Shown here: positions 10,267 through 19,345 of the stretch, in pieces | Layout: the number at the start of each line of letters is the position of its first letter | How positions within the stretch are numbered: position 1 is the stretch's first letter | Source: an uncultured Chloroflexia bacterium | GTDB lineage: Bacteria > Chloroflexota > Limnocylindria > Limnocylindrales > CSP1-4 | Direction: 5' to 3' | Length of the DNA: 64,000 nt | NCBI GenBank assembly: GCA_963766735.1 | Contig: CAVYBU010000007.1 | Coordinates: forward strand, 96,001-160,000 | Program-made: the position numbers and the translations under genes | The notes under the pieces: model-generated | Told to the model about the DNA's origin: nothing | The model's input: only the letters and a program-made list of their open reading frames with translations | The model's database searches: none

Positions 10267-10913
10267 TCGTCCTGGGGATAGACCCGGGAACGGCAGCCCT
10301 CGGCTACGGGATCCTCGAACGGACCGGTGGGGTCCTGCGGGCGATCGACTACGGGTGCCTGACCACCACCGCGGACTGGTCGCTCCCGGATCGTCTGAAT
10401 GCCATCCACGCTCATGTCTCGGAGCTGATCGAGACCCACGCGCCCGACCTGGTGGCGGTGGAGCGGCTGTTCTTCAGCAAGAATGCCCAGACCGCGTTCG
10501 CGGTGGGCCAGGCCCGCGGCGTGGTCCTGCTCGCCGCTGCCCAGGCGGGCGTTCCCGTGCGCGAGGCCACGCCCAACGAGGTCAAGATGGCCGTCACGGG
10601 CTACGGCGCTGCCGACAAGGCGCAGGTGGGCCGGATGGTCGCCGTGATCCTCCAGCTGGCCGAGGTTCCGACACCGGACGACACGTCGGACGCGCTCGCG
10701 ATCGCGGTGTGCATCGCCAACGCGGAACGCACAGCCGACAGGCTCAACGGCGGCACGGGCGCCGGCAAGGCGTCGCTCCTGGACCGGTCGTCCGTCAACC
10801 CGATCGTGCGCGGCGAAACGCCGTACGAGCGTTCCGTACGCGAGGCGCTCGCCCGCGAGTCGGCGACCGCCGGCGCGTCCGCCGGCTCGTCCGCCACGCG
10901 CCGGAAGTCATGA
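10263..10913 (+). CDS. ruvC: Holliday junction endonuclease RuvC, with C-terminal extension
   Basis: LGIDPG, VERLFF, GQARGV, VTGYG.ADK, DDTSDALA. Confidence 0.95.
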   Translation: MIVLGIDPGTAALGYGILERTGGVLRAIDYGCLTTTADWSLPDRLNAIHAHVSELIETHAPDLVAVERLFFSKNAQTAFAVGQARGVVLLAAAQAGVPVREATPNEVKMAVTGYGAADKAQVGRMVAVILQLAEVPTPDDTSDALAIAVCIANAERTADRLNGGTGAGKASLLDRSSVNPIVRGETPYERSVREALARESATAGASAGSSATRRKS

Positions 10914-10929
10914 CGCGGGGCGGCCGAGG

Positions 10930-11523
10930 GTGATCGCCTCCGTCGAGGGCACGGTCGGTGCCATCACTGCAGACTCGCTCGTCCTCGAGGTCGGCGGGAT
11001 CGGCTACCAGGTGTATGCGGCCCCTGCGGTCCTGGCCACCGCCACCGCCGGCGGCAGGCTCAAGCTCCACACGTACCATCTCGTCCGCGAGGACCAGCAA
11101 TCGCTGTTCGGGTTCCGGAACGCAGAGGAGCTCGGGTTCTTCAACCTGCTGCTGACGGTGACCGGCGTCGGGCCGAAGGTGGCCCTGGCCATCGTCGGCT
11201 CCCGGCCCACCGCGGACCTCCAGCTTGCGATCCTCCAGCAGGACCAGGCGGTGCTGGTCTCGATCCCCGGGATCGGCAGGAAGCTCGCCGAGCGGATCAT
11301 CTTCGAGCTCAAGGAGAAGGTCTCCGCCGCGGGCGTGGCGGCCGGCTCCTCGGCGGCGTTCTCCTCGGCCTCCGAGGGTGAGGTCGTAGCCGCGCTGCAG
11401 GCCCTGGGCTACTCGCTGGGCGAGGCACGCGAGGCATCCCGGCTGGCCGTCAACGACCCGGCCGTGGGCGCGGGTCTCGAGGACCGCGTGAAGGCGGCGC
11501 TCCGGACGCTGCTCCGGGACTGA
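10930..11523 (+). CDS. ruvA: Holliday junction branch migration protein RuvA
   Basis: EVGGIGY, VRED, VTGVGPK, IPGIGRK, ALQALGY. Confidence 0.95.
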   Translation: MIASVEGTVGAITADSLVLEVGGIGYQVYAAPAVLATATAGGRLKLHTYHLVREDQQSLFGFRNAEELGFFNLLLTVTGVGPKVALAIVGSRPTADLQLAILQQDQAVLVSIPGIGRKLAERIIFELKEKVSAAGVAAGSSAAFSSASEGEVVAALQALGYSLGEAREASRLAVNDPAVGAGLEDRVKAALRTLLRD

Positions 11524-11665
11524 GCCGGGCAAAACGGGTCCACATGCCGCCTGCGCATCCTCATGGCGTCCCGATCCCAGGGTCGCTAGAGTCGGCCAAT
11601 GCGGATCGTCCCTGCGATCAATCCCGGGCGCGGGGGCGGCCGAGGAAGAACACCCTGATCAGACA

Positions 11666-11703
11666 GAACATCCGTACCATTTGCGCACGAAACCTGCTAG
11701 ACT
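11666..11703 (+). promoter_or_regulatory. LexA-box-like site and -10 element upstream of ruvB
   Basis: GAAC-ATCC-GTAC (11666-11677; one mismatch to GAAC-N4-GTTC) and TAGACT (11698-11703) 7 nt before ATG 11711. Confidence 0.45.
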
Positions 11704-11710
11704 GCCGCCG

Positions 11711-12784
11711 ATGACGGACGATCCCATGAGCCTGCTCGCGGCCGGCGCCGCTGACCCCGAGGACCTGGTGGTCGAGGGGTCGCTGCGCCCACGAACCCTG
11801 GACGAGTACATCGGCCAGCGAGAGGTCAAGGCCAGCCTGTCGGTCCTTCTGCAGGCGGCGAAGGGACGCGGCGAGGCGGCGGACCACGTGCTGCTCTATG
11901 GCCCTCCCGGCCTGGGCAAGACCACGCTCGCCACGATCATTGCCCGTGAGCTGGGGGTCAACGTCCGCTACACGAGCGGGCCGGCAGTGGAACGGGCGGG
12001 GGACCTGGCAGCGATCCTGACGTCGCTGGACGAGAGGGACGTCCTGTTCATCGACGAGATCCATCGCCTCAATCGCGCGGTGGAGGAGATCCTCTACCCG
12101 GCGATGGAGGATTTCGCGCTCGACGTGATGATCGGCAAGGGTCCCAGCGCACGCAGCCTGCGGCTGAGCCTCAAGCCGTTCACGGTCGTCGGCGCCACCA
12201 CGCGCGCCGGGCGCATCAGCGGGCCGTTGCGGGACCGGTTCGGCATGACCTACCGCCTCGATTTCTACGGCGAGGACGACCTGACGGCGATCGTGCGCAG
12301 ATCCGCCGGGATCCTGGGCGTGGAGGTGGACGCGGACGCCGCGCGCCTCATCGCGATGCGCGGGCGGGGCACCCCGCGGATCGTCAACCGGTTGCTGCGT
12401 CGCGTCCGTGATCACGCGGAGGTCTTCGGGGACGGGACGGTCCACGTCGGGCAGGTTGCCGAGGCGATGACGATCCTGGACATCGACGACCTCGGGCTGG
12501 ACACGACGGATCGGAAGCTGCTGGCGGCGATCGTCCAGAAGTTCCAGTCCGGTCCCGTGGGCGTCCAGGCGCTGGCCGCCGTCCTGGCGGAGGAGCCGGA
12601 GACCATCGAGGACGTCTACGAGCCGTTCCTCCTGCGCCTCGGCTTCCTTGACCGCACCCCGCAGGGACGGATCGCCACCGAGGCCGCCCGCTCCCATCTC
12701 GCGTCCCTGGGTTTCGATGTCCCCGTGCCTCGGCGCGCGGAACCGGACATGCCGGCCCTGTGGGACGACCTGACGCCGCGCTGA
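11711..12784 (+). CDS. ruvB: Holliday junction helicase RuvB
   Basis: [43 protein letters not shown]. Confidence 0.97.
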   Translation: MTDDPMSLLAAGAADPEDLVVEGSLRPRTLDEYIGQREVKASLSVLLQAAKGRGEAADHVLLYGPPGLGKTTLATIIARELGVNVRYTSGPAVERAGDLAAILTSLDERDVLFIDEIHRLNRAVEEILYPAMEDFALDVMIGKGPSARSLRLSLKPFTVVGATTRAGRISGPLRDRFGMTYRLDFYGEDDLTAIVRRSAGILGVEVDADAARLIAMRGRGTPRIVNRLLRRVRDHAEVFGDGTVHVGQVAEAMTILDIDDLGLDTTDRKLLAAIVQKFQSGPVGVQALAAVLAEEPETIEDVYEPFLLRLGFLDRTPQGRIATEAARSHLASLGFDVPVPRRAEPDMPALWDDLTPR

Positions 12785-12798
12785 GCGGGGGACCCACC

Positions 12799-13960
12799 AT
12801 GCCCGGCGCCGCCAGCTTCGAGGTGCTCGTCCCGCCGCCCGGGGACGGCTCCACCCGCGCCCGCCTCGGCCGGTTGACGCTGCCCCACGGTGTCGTGGAG
12901 ACGCCGCAGTTCATGCCCGTCGGTACCAACGCCACGGTGAAGGCGCTCCATCCGGACGAGGTGGAGGCCGCGGGCGCGAGCATCCTCCTCGCCAATACCT
13001 ACCACCTGTACCTGCGGCCCGGCCATGAGCGCATCGAGCGCCTGGGCGGACTCCATCGGTTCATGGGCTGGGACAAGCCCATCCTCACGGACTCGGGCGG
13101 CTACCAGGTGGTCTCGCTCGGCGAGCTGCGATCGATCGACGATGGCGGGGCCACCTTCAAGAGCCACCTCGACGGGTCGACGCACCGGTTCACGCCGGAG
13201 CACTCGATCGCGGTCCAGCAGGCGCTCGGGACCGGACGTCGCCGTGGTCCTGGACCAGCCCGTGTTTCCCAGCGAGCCGCGGGCCGTCGTGGAGGACGCG
13301 ATGCACCGCACCCATCGCTGGGCCGTTCGATCGCTCGACGCGCATACCCGGACGGACCAGGCGCTGTTCGGCATCGTCCAGGGTGGGCTGGACCCGGAGC
13401 TGCGGGAGGAGTCGGCCAAGTTCGTCAGAGCGCTCCCGTTCGACGGCATCAACATCGGTGGTCTTGCCGGCGACGAGACGCCCGACCAGCGCAACGAGGC
13501 GCTGGACGCCACGGTCCGGCACCTGGATGGTGATCCGAGGCCGCGGTACCTGATGGGCCTCGGGTCCCCGCTGGACCTGCTCGAAGCGGTTCACCGCGGC
13601 ATGGACCTGTTCGACTCGGTGCTGCCGGCGCGCGTCGCGCGCAACGGCCAGCTGTGGATCCCTGGCGGACGCCTGAACCTGCGCAACGAGCAGTTCCGGG
13701 ACGATCCGGAACCCGTCCAGGACGGATGCCCGTGTCCGCTCTGCACCCGGTTCTCCAGGGCGTATCTCGCCCACCTGTTCCGGGCCAAGGAGATGCTGGC
13801 GTACCGGCTCGCGACTTGTCACAACCTCACCTTCACCCTAGACTTCATGGACAGGATCCGGTGCGCGCTGCGTGCCGGAACCTTCCCCGTCGAACTGCCG
13901 GAGTTGCGCCGTCGCGCGGTCCGGATGAGTGGCGGTGAAGCCGCCGCAAAGCCGGCGTGA
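12799..13960 (+). CDS. tgt: tRNA-guanine transglycosylase split by a +1 frameshift near 13228-13231
   Basis: N-half ([21 protein letters not shown]) in ORF 12760..13533; C-half (GIVQGG, PRYLMG, DLFDSV, CPCPLC, HNL) in ORF 13025..13960. Removing one G from ctcggga joins them. Confidence 0.9.
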
Positions 13961-13999
13961 AGTCCGTGGCAGTAGCGTCTGTGCACGTGGAGGCGAGCG

Positions 14000-14158
14000 A
14001 TGGGTTCACGAGACCGCCCCTCGAAGGAAGTCAAGAAGAAGCCCAAGGACAAGTCGACCCAGGCGAAGCTGGCGCCGCTTTCCGAGGCTCCGCAGCAGGC
14101 GGAGCTCATCCGGAAGGAACGCAAGCCTCGGCGGGAGACATCGTCCGACGAGAGCTGA
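14000..14158 (+). CDS. Small basic hypothetical protein (52 aa), below the ORF-track cutoff
   Basis: GGAGG upstream of ATG; MGSRDRPSKEVKKKPKDKSTQAKLAPLSEAPQQAELIRKERKPRRETSSDES; host-like codon usage; fills the tgt-recA gap. Confidence 0.65.
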   Translation: MGSRDRPSKEVKKKPKDKSTQAKLAPLSEAPQQAELIRKERKPRRETSSDES

Positions 14159-14224
14159 CACCGCCGATCCGGGACCGGGTCCCGCTCCGTCGGGTTGGCT
14201 GAAGCCGGCAGGAGCGAGGACACG

Positions 14225-15292
14225 ATGGCCAACAACGGCAGGGACGCTGTCCCGCAGGTGACAGAGAAGGCGCTGGCCGAGCGTGGGCGCGCGGTCGATG
14301 CCGCGATCCTGACGATCGAGAAGCAGTTCGGTCGCGGATCGATCATGAAGCTCGGTTCGCGCGAACGGCAGGCCGTGGACTCGATCCCCACGGGATCCAT
14401 CGCGCTGGACCTCGCGCTGGGCGTCGGGGGCATTCCGCGCGGTCGCATCACAGAGATCTTCGGACCGGAGTCGTCGGGCAAGACGACCGTCTGCCAGCAC
14501 GTCATCGCGGAGGCGCAGCGCAGGGGCGGGATCGCCGCGTTCATCGACGTCGAGCACGCGCTGGACCCTGCCTACGCACGCGCCTGCGGCGTCAACGTGG
14601 ATGAGCTCCTCGTCTCGCAGCCGGACACCGGGGAGCAGGCGCTCGAGATCACCGAGACCCTCATCCGCTCCGGCGGCGTGGATATCGTCGTCGTGGACTC
14701 CGTTGCGGCGCTCGTGCCGCGGGCGGAGATCGAGGGCGAGATGGGCGACAGCTTCGTGGGCATCCAGGCGCGGCTGATGAGCCAGGCTCTGCGGAAGCTG
14801 ACGGGCGCGGTCAGCCGCTCCAACACCTCGCTGGTCTTCACCAACCAGCTGCGCGAGAAGATCGGCGTCATGTTCGGCAATCCTGAGACGACGCCCGGCG
14901 GCCGGGCACTGAAGTTCTACGCCTCGGTCCGCCTGGACATCCGCCGCATCGAGACCATCAAGACCGGCACCGATTCCGTTGGCAACCGGGTCCGCGTCAA
15001 GGTCGTCAAGAACAAGGTCTCGCCGCCGTTCCGCGTTGCCGAGTTCGACGTGATGTATGGCGAGGGCATCTCCAAGGAGGGTGGGCTTCTGGACGTCGGC
15101 GTGGCGATGGACGTCGTCACGAAGACGGGCGCCTGGTTCACGTTCGGCGATACGCGCCTGGGCCAGGGCCGTGAGGCCTCCAAGGAGTTCCTCAAGGGGA
15201 ATGCGGACCTCTCTGCCGAGATCGACCGGCGCATCCGGGCCAAGATGGCCGACGTGGATCTCCCGGTCGAGGGCATCGAAGAGGCCGAGTAG
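14225..15292 (+). CDS. recA: Recombinase A
   Basis: [44 protein letters not shown]. Confidence 0.98.
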   Translation: MANNGRDAVPQVTEKALAERGRAVDAAILTIEKQFGRGSIMKLGSRERQAVDSIPTGSIALDLALGVGGIPRGRITEIFGPESSGKTTVCQHVIAEAQRRGGIAAFIDVEHALDPAYARACGVNVDELLVSQPDTGEQALEITETLIRSGGVDIVVVDSVAALVPRAEIEGEMGDSFVGIQARLMSQALRKLTGAVSRSNTSLVFTNQLREKIGVMFGNPETTPGGRALKFYASVRLDIRRIETIKTGTDSVGNRVRVKVVKNKVSPPFRVAEFDVMYGEGISKEGGLLDVGVAMDVVTKTGAWFTFGDTRLGQGREASKEFLKGNADLSAEIDRRIRAKMADVDLPVEGIEEAE

Positions 15293-15299
15293 GTCGTCG

Positions 15300-15911
15300 G
15301 TGGAGGCGGACCAGCCCGCGCGGAGGCGCAAGGCGACGTTCGCGGAACGTCGTGATCGTCGCGCCGCCGTCGAAGACGTCGGCGAGGTGCTGGACGCGGC
15401 TGCGCGGTATCTCGAGGCCCGACCGCGGTCCGTCGCCGAGGTCCGCCGGAGACTGACCACGGCCGGGTACCGCCCTGACCTGGTCGAGGCGGCCGTCGAG
15501 CGGCTGGTCGACCTGCAGTACCTCGATGACGACGCTTTCGCGCGCGCGTGGGTCGAATCCCGCGATCGGGCACGGCCACGCGGCGAGCATGCGCTGCGGC
15601 GAGAGCTGCAGTTGAAGGGCGTGGAGCGCTCGCTGATTGACACGGTTCTCGAGGAGCGCCGCGACCTGGGGCTCGTTGATCGGGCGGTGGCGGGTGACGG
15701 CTTCGCTGATCGAACGACCGAGGGCGTCGACGACGCGGCAGCTGCGAGGCTCCTCCGCCGCCGGGGCCCTTCGCTGTTGCGCGAAGCGGACCCGCGTCGG
15801 CGTCGGGCGAAGGCGTACGCGCTCCTGGCACGAAACGGGTTCACCCCGGACGTGTGTGCCGCCGCGGCGACGGCCTGGCTCGCCGGCGACGATCCCGGCG
15901 AAGGGTCCTAG
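15300..15911 (+). CDS. recX: Regulatory protein RecX
   Basis: RYLEARPRS..EVRRRL, YLDDDAFA, LRRELQLKGV, LARNGF; follows recA. Confidence 0.9.
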   Translation: MEADQPARRRKATFAERRDRRAAVEDVGEVLDAAARYLEARPRSVAEVRRRLTTAGYRPDLVEAAVERLVDLQYLDDDAFARAWVESRDRARPRGEHALRRELQLKGVERSLIDTVLEERRDLGLVDRAVAGDGFADRTTEGVDDAAAARLLRRRGPSLLREADPRRRRAKAYALLARNGFTPDVCAAAATAWLAGDDPGEGS

Positions 15912-15966
15912 CCCGATCCCAGGTGCGGATCCGAGGTCCGGATGGGCATCGTCGGTCCCGGCATCA

Positions 15967-16007
15967 TTGAAGGGTTCCGCGTCCACGGAGACCCAATAGG
16001 AGTGAGC
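15967..16007 (+). promoter_or_regulatory. Putative ECF-sigma promoter motif, copy 1
   Basis: TTGAA-N18-GACCC-N3-AGGAGTGAGC; same spacing at 16626 and 17301. Confidence 0.65.
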
Positions 16008-16050
16008 GTCCCGCAGATGAAGCCGGCGCACGTCGCCGGAGGAGGTCGAG

Positions 16051-16536
16051 ATGCGGACGTTCATCACGCTCGTGGCGGCTGCGGCCGTCCTCACCCTGGC
16101 GCTCGCGCCAGTTGCAGCGGCCAAGACGACTCGGGTGCAAGTCGAGGGCTATGAGACGCTGTCCGAGGTCGTGTCCGAGGGCTCGATGTCCATGGCCGGC
16201 AGCGTGGTCTCGGTCCGCGGCATTGTCTGGATCTACACGCAGACCGGACACCAGATGCTCTCCGGAACGGACAGGGTCGTGATCAACTACGACCTCGACC
16301 TCGCCACGGGATCCGGCGAGCTGTGGGGCAAGAACCGCATCGACCCCACCGCATACCCGGGCGGCCACTTCGATTGCTCGTGGCACGGGACGTTCGTCGA
16401 CTACGCGTGGACGGGCAAGGTCGTCTGCCACGGGGACGGGTCGCTGAGGGGCTGGCAGCTGCGCCTGGCTCTCCTGCCGGAACCCGGCGGCGAAGCCGAT
16501 ACCACCGTTGGCTTCGCATTCCTGCCGGGCCACTGA
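16051..16536 (+). CDS. Secreted beta-rich hypothetical protein
   Basis: GGAGG RBS, signal peptide ending in AAA; distant resemblance to the anti-sigma repeats (RGIV, ELWG, W.GT, G.GSL.G). Confidence 0.8.
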   Translation: MRTFITLVAAAAVLTLALAPVAAAKTTRVQVEGYETLSEVVSEGSMSMAGSVVSVRGIVWIYTQTGHQMLSGTDRVVINYDLDLATGSGELWGKNRIDPTAYPGGHFDCSWHGTFVDYAWTGKVVCHGDGSLRGWQLRLALLPEPGGEADTTVGFAFLPGH

Positions 16537-16625
16537 TCACTCGTCCCTGGCCAACCGCACGCAGACGGTCCCGGTCGGTCCGGGGCCGTCTTCGTGACGC
16601 CAGGTTCCGATTGTGAGCTCCGGAA

Positions 16626-16666
16626 TTGAAGGGATCAGGCCCCGCTGTGACCCGTCAAGGGTGGGC
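16626..16666 (+). promoter_or_regulatory. Putative ECF-sigma promoter motif, copy 2
   Basis: TTGAA-N18-GACCC-N3-AAGGGTGGGC; the leader down to the ATG resembles that of the gene at 16051. Confidence 0.65.
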
Positions 16667-16710
16667 GTCCCGCAAAGCGAGCTGGCGCGCGATCGCCGAG
16701 GGAGGTTGAG

Positions 16711-17223
16711 ATGCAGAGGCGCATCACACTGGCTGCGGCGCTTGCCGCACTCGTGGCGGCGCTGGCCGGGTGTGCCGGAGCCGCTGTCCCGACCACGGTC
16801 CTGACTCCGGCGCCGAGCCTCGAGGCAACACCAGTCCCCACCGTGCCTGCGGTCGTGGAGGTGACCGGCAGCACCGGCACGTGTGGCCAGGACGGCGACT
16901 ACACCGTCTGTGACAACGTGACATCCTCCGACGAGCGGCTGGTCGGGACGTCCAGGTACGTCACCGACTGTCCGGAGACGGTGGACGGGGACACCACGGT
17001 CGCGGTCTGCTCGTTCCCCATCACCCTCACCAACGGGGACGGCACGTGGGAAGGGACGGTGGAGGGCACGTCCACGTGGAGCGTCGCCTCGCCTGCCCAC
17101 GTCCACGTGATGGACGCCACGTACCTGGGCACCGGAGCGTACGAAGGCCTCCGCTTCGTCCAGCACATCGAAGGCCTGGATTACCCCATGTCGTACACCG
17201 GACGCATCGAACCGGCGGGCTGA
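16711..17223 (+). CDS. Lipoprotein with a beta-rich domain
   Basis: Lipobox LAGC; SSDERL.G, TLTNGDGTWEG, YLGTGAYEGLRF shared with the anti-sigma repeats. Confidence 0.85.
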   Translation: MQRRITLAAALAALVAALAGCAGAAVPTTVLTPAPSLEATPVPTVPAVVEVTGSTGTCGQDGDYTVCDNVTSSDERLVGTSRYVTDCPETVDGDTTVAVCSFPITLTNGDGTWEGTVEGTSTWSVASPAHVHVMDATYLGTGAYEGLRFVQHIEGLDYPMSYTGRIEPAG

Positions 17224-17300
17224 GCACCTGGTGCGTTCCGGGCGCGTCAACGGGCGCGCCGGTCGCTTCCAACGGCACTGGACGCCGTGAGATTCGGCGT

Positions 17301-17341
17301 TTGAATAGAACGCGAGGGTCCGGGTCCCATGAGGAGTGAGC
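17301..17341 (+). promoter_or_regulatory. Putative ECF-sigma promoter motif, copy 3 (autoregulatory position)
   Basis: TTGAA-N18-GTCCC-N3-AGGAGTGAGC directly upstream of the sigma gene. Confidence 0.6.
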
Positions 17342-17373
17342 ACCCGAGGGGGCGCTCGCACGGAGCAGGCAGG

Positions 17374-17922
17374 GTGGAGCACGACCTCGTCGAGCGAGCC
17401 AAGGGTGGCGACATGGAGGCATTCCAGGCCCTGGTGTACGAGTGCTCGGACCGGCTCTACGCGATCGCCCACCGGATCCTTCGCGACCCGGACCTCGCAC
17501 AGGATGCCCTGCAGCAGGCGCTCATCCGGCTGTGGGAGGATCTACCGAGCCTTCGAGATCCGTCCCGGTTCGACGCCTGGTCCTACCGGCTCGTCGTGCA
17601 CGCAACCTACCGGGAGGCCAAGCGCGAGCGGCGTTGGACGTCGCGGATCCGGGAGATCCGGGTCGAGCCACCGGCGGTCGACCGCGTCATGGACGTGGTC
17701 GACCGCGATGAGATCGAGCGACTCTTCAGGCGGCTGACACCCGAGCACCGGGCCGTTCTCGTGCTGCACTTCTTCGTCGGGCAGCCGATCTCGGAGGTCG
17801 CCGAGACGCTGGGTATCCCGGTGGGCACGGCCGGATCCCGGCTGCACTACGCGACGCGAAGTCTCCGTGCAGCATTCGAGGCCGACGTCCGGGCGGCCGT
17901 CGCCTGGAGGACCACGGCGTGA
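17374..17922 (+). CDS. ECF RNA polymerase sigma factor
   Basis: LVERAKGGD.EAF, DLAQDALQ, FDAW, LTPEHRAVLVL, GIPVGT..SRLHYA; GTG 17374 preferred over ATG 17329. Confidence 0.93.
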   Translation: MEHDLVERAKGGDMEAFQALVYECSDRLYAIAHRILRDPDLAQDALQQALIRLWEDLPSLRDPSRFDAWSYRLVVHATYREAKRERRWTSRIREIRVEPPAVDRVMDVVDRDEIERLFRRLTPEHRAVLVLHFFVGQPISEVAETLGIPVGTAGSRLHYATRSLRAAFEADVRAAVAWRTTA

Positions 17923-19093
17923 CGCGCGAGGAGCGGTTCGAGCAGCGGCTTGCCGACTGGCTGGAGGACGGGCCGTACGACACGCCGAAGGCCGTCATCG
18001 ACGCTGTGTTCGAACACGCACGCACGCATCCCCGTCGCCGCATCGGCCCCAGCCGCCTCTGGAAGGCCGTCAAAGCGCCGCGTGCACCCGGCCGAACGCG
18101 GTGCCGGGCGAACCGCACCCAGGCCTGATCTGGACGTTCGCGGCCGTCGGGATCACGGCTGTCCTCGCCGTTGCGACCCTCGGCGGCGTCGCCGCCCTGC
18201 TCAGCGGCAACCCGAGCGGGCTGCCGGTCGCCGGGACCGGCGCGACGCCAGGCCCGACCCCACTGTCGACGCCGACACCCGCACCGCTCGCCACGCCGCC
18301 GGTCTGGGTGACCGCGAGCACAACCTGCCCGGAGTCCGCTCCCGGCAGCGAATGGCGCGTCGGAGACGTCACCCACCTCCGTGGGATCCTGATCACCTGC
18401 ACGAACACTTCCTCAGACGCCCGCCTGGATGGGGTGGCGACCGTCGACCTCAACCTTGATCTTCGGGAGGACGAGAGCGCCGACATGTGGGGATCCGCCA
18501 CCATCGAGACCGACGGCGGCACCTGGCGGGGGTACTGGCTCGGGACCGTGGACGAGGGCTACACCACGCACCACATGGAGGGTGTCTACCTGGGCTCTGG
18601 AGGATACGAGGGCCTCCGCCTCCGGACCAGCCAGACGAGCGACGGGTCGGACGGTGTCATCACCGGCACGATCGAGGCCGTCGCCGCCCTGCCGACGGCG
18701 GGACCCACCGTCATCACCGGAGCGGGCTGCTCGACCGCGGACCCGGGGACGACGACCCAGGTCGGCGAGATGACCCGCTATCGCGGCGTCGTCCTGGAGT
18801 GCGGACCGAGCGTGCCGTCCGACCCACGTGTCGCCTCTGAGCTGGAGCGGATCGTGTTCGACATGGACGAGCAGGCCGACGGCAGCGCAACGATGACCGG
18901 GACCGGGACGCTCGCCAACGAGGGCGGGACCTGGTCGGGGTCGTGGACGGGGACGATCGCGGTTGGGTCCAGGACTCACCGGATGGAGGGCGTCTACACG
19001 GGTACCGGCGACTATGCCGGCCTCCAGTTCCGGTGGTCCCAGATCGGCGAAGGCCCCTACATCAGGTCCGGCGCCATCGTTCCGGCAGAGTAG
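17919..19093 (+). CDS. Membrane-anchored anti-sigma-like protein with two extracellular beta-rich repeats; frameshift near 18075-18110
   Basis: GTGA overlap with the sigma stop; N-terminus MTREERFEQRLADWL in one frame, TM helix, PT-rich linker and two repeats in another. Confidence 0.75.
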
Positions 19094-19345
19094 ACGCCAT
19101 CGGGGCTCGACACCGCGCCGCAATCTCGTCAGCCTGTTCCGGTCGAACGATGTAGGCTAGGCCGTCAACCGGACGCGGACCCAAGGCCGCTTCCGGGCGA
19201 GCCGCGGCTATCGGCCGGAATCAAGCGGAGCCCTCGTGGGCCCGCGCGACTCCAAGCCCAAGCGAACGTCGGTACCGCGTAGCCCGATCCTGTTTCTTGA
19301 CAACGCCACCGGCCCATTCACCCGGCCGGTGGGGAGGAATCGAAG

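Noticed and set aside
19268-19282. GGTACCGCG as a T-box antiterminator
   Set aside because: Lacks the preceding TGG bulge, specifier stem and terminator; the downstream gene is not amino-acid related.
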